A stretch of DNA of 54,057 bases, from the IMG/VR virus record IMGVR_UViG_3300048588_000062; one strand, written 5' to 3'. Position 1 is the first letter of the stretch, and the number at the start of each line of letters is the position of its first letter. Positions 53,501 to 54,057 of this stretch are shown piece after piece. Source of the DNA: a virus. The notes beneath the pieces are model-generated. The model was not told the DNA's origin and made no database searches. It saw nothing but the letters and a program-made list of their open reading frames with translations. Both the position numbers and the translations under genes were made by a program.

Positions 53501-54057
53501 GGTGACAGCGATGTCCGCGGCGAACACCGCTGTCACACTGGTGACCGACGAGTTCTCCGCGTTGAGCGAGGGGACGCGGCTGATCTGGATGGATCAGCCC
53601 AGCCCGTGGCAGCAGTTCGCCACCGTGCTGATCCCGACACAGTTCCTGCTGGGCGCCTCCGATGACCATGTGTTGTCGTTCGGGCTGCCGCAGCATGGCA
53701 CCGGTCAGGCCGACCAGTTCGGCAAGGTGGCCAAGAAGATCATCGACTACGCCGCCACGCAGGAAGGGTTCGACGATCTGCTGGACATGATGGGTCGCTA
53801 CGATCCGATGATCTCGCTGTACCAGCAAACGGCCGACGGCTATGTCGCGCCGGGCGTCCGGCCTCCTGAGGAGGCGCTGAAACTGTTCATCGCCGCCTTG
53901 AAGCAGGGCGGGCAGATGATCGACCCGGGTTCCACCGCGATGGCCGGTGACCTGTACATGACGGTGGACAGTGAGAACCGGGTGCTCATCAACCGCATCG
54001 GGTTCTCCATGCCGGACGAGACCCAGCGCACGGAACTGCTGACCGCCTGGGCGGAGC
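44568..54057 (+). CDS. Giant virion-type protein, N-terminal part. It is open to the window end and carries a beta-prime-like DPBB catalytic motif (putative virion RNA polymerase).
   Basis: ATG 44568 is the first start after the in-frame TGA at 44550. I translated 44568-54057 by hand and met no stop codon. The ORF is absent from the track because no stop occurs before the window end. The long minus-strand track ORFs here (44565..47285, 47538..49076, 49842..51038, 51087..53828) are antisense shadows. The DHDGD motif is at 47406-47420 and a glycine-zipper hydrophobic segment at 45231-45362. Confidence 0.85.
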   Translation, partial: MADFSKGPSDYWKNQARNPAAPMGLRQASASTAQDLQEWDGQGPKPWTPESMLDVASSWYTGANSQGMENGWNTEFMQKAFDQMNRYYALAAEQQDQSVWFTQFDPTKNPTATGVVMWDDPQRGLNFGDVFVDGVKQEGQNLYQAFDKRTADVMMAEFMLDGPEKTRLFEQIPRGNPDAVGNRVQELRTQNSETAATAITKGEFKAQTDARELEYQQGWQDPALIAGGAAGGALMGAGIGSFGGPVGTLIGGAVGGIVGGVSSWLNQDELRDLAARSAVVSQMANERYQGTDQVGALGVTIKEFSGLGMRLISPMSNTVRGIEDARRGDVGDMTAEWYEFTPDGDRQRSNWVTGLDLAASVADSALQFSGGAGRAAYMGVMGATTAGGVAGMIPGEGFNYSTGEFDAYENAGEWMAAAGSVAIDAVQMGGAGAFVRAARNSRVANGMPSRASDELLGVVPPNARGQLRQWAGDKAAAITSATGDAVEKVAGKRTREFLSSRFTDEGEVIAGRRYIRDADGNMMKPRLALEMLAPSEMLRAIPVSYRARTRAADPMNVTPDDMYNAALELTRYNGQFRNAVIMGYAEGTEELVQGILDPLAYSENINPGQVLESAMYGFAGGFGMGMGSMSRTANYQQQVDARARVNWAIRSGKSMPNDEQWAQIKEGMRPVDIEKLAMPTPEEDEQLAGLREVATEAMRQSGFTSPIAMAVFDSLREGAWEKFLAGKNTVGGQSRTLFGSSDNKTINVGGAVEELEMAPNSAVMSFDTTIDTLVRNAEGLRTKMTAAMQGKAKYEAIQQNAASTQEQKDEAARMVAKYDAQILDLGTGVQVADMMVGTRDNPAILLQMYQDFLDDPDAQSKIQRIKDFNAKVKSMYEGQWENNGQLLPGEMQDGAKKLVETLMTRHPLIDTGSWGVFVPMVSVELSRANAHGAVFMHQATLKAMGADHDGDNAVQAQEQYFTPEQLRNLRRGVQYLQQENEQFTYDPKNPSAPKTKWKVVADPPDAEATFIRNFSDPMLTTKQKDIVTQGLVRLMSRLRDRYATNGPFDYSTMDNLLSDFEANVRAGNVNARVRLVEAMFEAKAQELFAMSDTTNIPEFLQIWSMVNLEWDAIQQNFAYDFFLNREQMTTTPDVPARPEDDAALETRARRQAVVHGHALAMLGTADPVRAAQYLHYSALLKSAVSLSHLDPETLSRSDQRLDEFTRAYAQIGTGDSRSDMDKFVGVNAIESRVIAMLEGMLDSADLGNMYPDQSADLKDLLRTGRKTELMLMLANVRVPDMIVDESNDITFGNRDVTLLQLLLRKSLEIEKNLNRDMDQDKDLIRKIRKLERLTRPETDGHSSTAALATMEVFGNTPLATLVGDASMYVGPQMTLAQYQKKLLAMSSTRRREELALLKRAPHYFLHKTVGDPPWYLEQLYAQNVAGQTRGAEVNAFTMLVDALQTATSVENEQRRHQSNRDIEAFESGLLKLSEVLDAWNATHGADIPGSADGSSDRVEILRHMLRYEPRAAQIIAEVIPQESRLGVIEERDGQVTMQNWVEQVLTEKDEKKAAVQFYVYSKLAEWNVLQGTLDVTALHEEVRRIQAEERDDKGNRLSREQAYARIDLEQFRSRVRLGQVKSRFLQTLWHLNMIPDGGRELHRFLATILDADDLSSMFDRINEEPMWLQGRAKLYAFNDSVEAFELNPNDVWTTDATGTEYREALGEFSESMSSLADRTAEQAANAEQNLRAVKAMQEVLRKLLNGEPLGDGFDQQGALLLQQLEKAIQVAREFPDAIGRRARDQAMAAFQTMYIRMHDKGKADPRIAPLGAAAMTADTIGFGDPLQLEMGAITSFSWSDVSSNLSALAKGPVRIMLDNGKVLDIDMSTLEGAVEMLADPLTQPFAMAVLFPTVRDVNSQNTVSTYQSTMARSKPDPNSPKGEGNLAQMLAEVNFANLFNPPNQESRVDQAYRYIGHVEAYIRRAALDTATTAPDTDIELEELEFGYYPIQNMLNSFLVAYQTTAGRGRTDEQNEKIRDELVVAVADMLKMLSTKSDFALDTIKQELVAVLQARFWQDDTMVQVVLDREDPLSDAVADYMMKAIEGVFIREKNEATARFQAALNQGVPQATAVAQYQQELADITTREDEFNSSGSLQTMPYLARDFSTVGQMFAMTHDPADAVRDMQAKVLLVSFLGKQDRINKLQGVKAAFTIEDHAGAETDESFAALIDKFRETVYDKDFDIADMANSDPLQPNEWNQLRLWATQQFISERVVASSADMSMAAIILGKNEDEIRRLYDTSWSYLVDTAFDKRTLAAARRLAELAQHRDSMDSARVRDTILNRLFPDRLLGTWNDRVPIETLKAKKVLDGAAVKESVAAAGIAPKEMDAWIAGEQTTFLKPTAEHFTEASLVVADGSDIQQVMDVLNDAMLGLKTHNHFVRAVELIPTDTALPPENLFGIVTEVDDTNDETENSGLQLFKLEQLLDHMMRRVEQGEDSSQTAPSLVQGFTLRIEYVDVDKQPDGRDWANNRFFEGRGRNATGRNDLGPITALYFGTGGLSKLWQQSPLDSLTKKGQAFRAFLQTALDHVRNSMENKTTVTEVMQEKTLHLMGRRFGGVMLQWDDMPAIYKYVKSRHVMVGRNRNTGKKEVWRVEKYMEMEARAATDPNFVFELEALDGSGGPAELVALSHKVAQTLKGRPGVGGVAQDTQYPYTNVSDADPFPSYDMGRLEQLGLAEIGEKAKAKESPAGRHGLLTKAYGKGGPTRKGVRSLYQARIDRLITEERLPQLEVRSNYRSQDQGKLDIAETHKWGMKVVGEMLRLEALGERLNKLGIPNMLMKDLMQLESSERLYHRLFKDLDPNSMVWQHKQDETSGDPTRGLISPVEVREGFPNTIQPVIGDIVVLDLTSFMNNTGQNEQEAIDQAKQVIDVYVRKGVSIVLGGTTSVNGVRQALVEHLTFGTMGYKRKGMSGHIFEPISDDWDVDLTEQALDSTLSEVTAMSAANTAVTLVTDEFSALSEGTRLIWMDQPSPWQQFATVLIPTQFLLGASDDHVLSFGLPQHGTGQADQFGKVAKKIIDYAATQEGFDDLLDMMGRYDPMISLYQQTADGYVAPGVRPPEEALKLFIAALKQGGQMIDPGSTAMAGDLYMTVDSENRVLINRIGFSMPDETQRTELLTAWAE
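53931..54057. repeat. 127-bp exact duplicate of 1..127 (circular-contig overlap)
   Basis: Direct comparison shows tccaccgcgatggccggtgacctgtac...gcctgggcggagc identical at both ends. It lies inside coding sequence and keeps the reading frame. Confidence 0.95.

Noticed and set aside
44565-53828. Long minus-strand track ORFs (44565..47285, 47538..49076, 49842..51038, 51087..53828, and also 3493..5208) that appear to fill the region
   Set aside because: They lie antisense to a continuous plus-strand frame with genome-typical GC3. Their products are Arg/Pro/Gly/His-rich strings typical of shadow ORFs in high-GC DNA. Other long minus-strand track ORFs lying antisense to plus-strand genes (for example 25666..27729, 18444..19853, 9728..11032, 15651..17108) are also rejected.

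Overview
The window is a complete, circularly closed phage genome of about 53,930 bp. Bases 53931-54057 are an exact copy of bases 1-127, which looks like an assembler overlap. The genome is high-GC, probably from an actinobacterial host, with podovirus-like content and no tape measure or integrase.

Layout:
- One rightward block runs from 44568 across the contig junction to 22553. It encodes a giant protein, portal-like and capsid-like genes, tail fibres and a tailspike, an embedded lysis cassette, internal-protein candidates and a large tail protein.
- A second rightward block (22905-28503) ends with the large terminase and three small ATGA-coupled genes.
- A leftward block (43136-28472, plus 44093-43800) holds lower-GC early genes and a replication module. 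The module contains a Pol-beta-type nucleotidyltransferase, a MoxR-like AAA+ ATPase, a vWA protein, a DUF2815-like SSB, a Cas4-like nuclease, family A DNA polymerase, RuvC, an SF2 helicase, a D5/P4-type helicase and an AEP primase-polymerase.

Main result: the ORF track misses the largest gene. ATG 44568 opens a frame that stays open to the window end and continues in phase through the 127-bp overlap into the listed ORF 10..5181. This gives one 14,544-nt, 4,847-aa ORF, about 27% of the genome. Around residues 905-951 it carries R-x-P ... A-V-x-M-H ... A-D-H-D-G-D. This aligns well with the catalytic double-psi beta-barrel of the multisubunit RNA polymerase beta-prime subunit (NADFDGD; the DbDGD motif of YonO, QDE-1 and crAss gp66). 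I propose a giant virion-delivered two-barrel RNA polymerase fusion.

Other notable signals:
- Arrays of the heptamer GTAGTCA in conserved ~120-bp modules sit in the same orientation in front of two operons.
- Two hairpin families show covarying stems.
- There are 46-bp, 14-bp and 9-bp tandem repeats.
- A ~300-nt structured non-coding stretch lies at 43441-43760.
- Codon bias shows a clear -1 frame switch inside the listed 24334..25374 ORF.

All functional calls come from reading motifs by eye. No database search was run. From memory, the architecture resembles Microbacterium cluster EK podoviruses (~54 kb, with a gene of about 13.5 kb); this is unverified.
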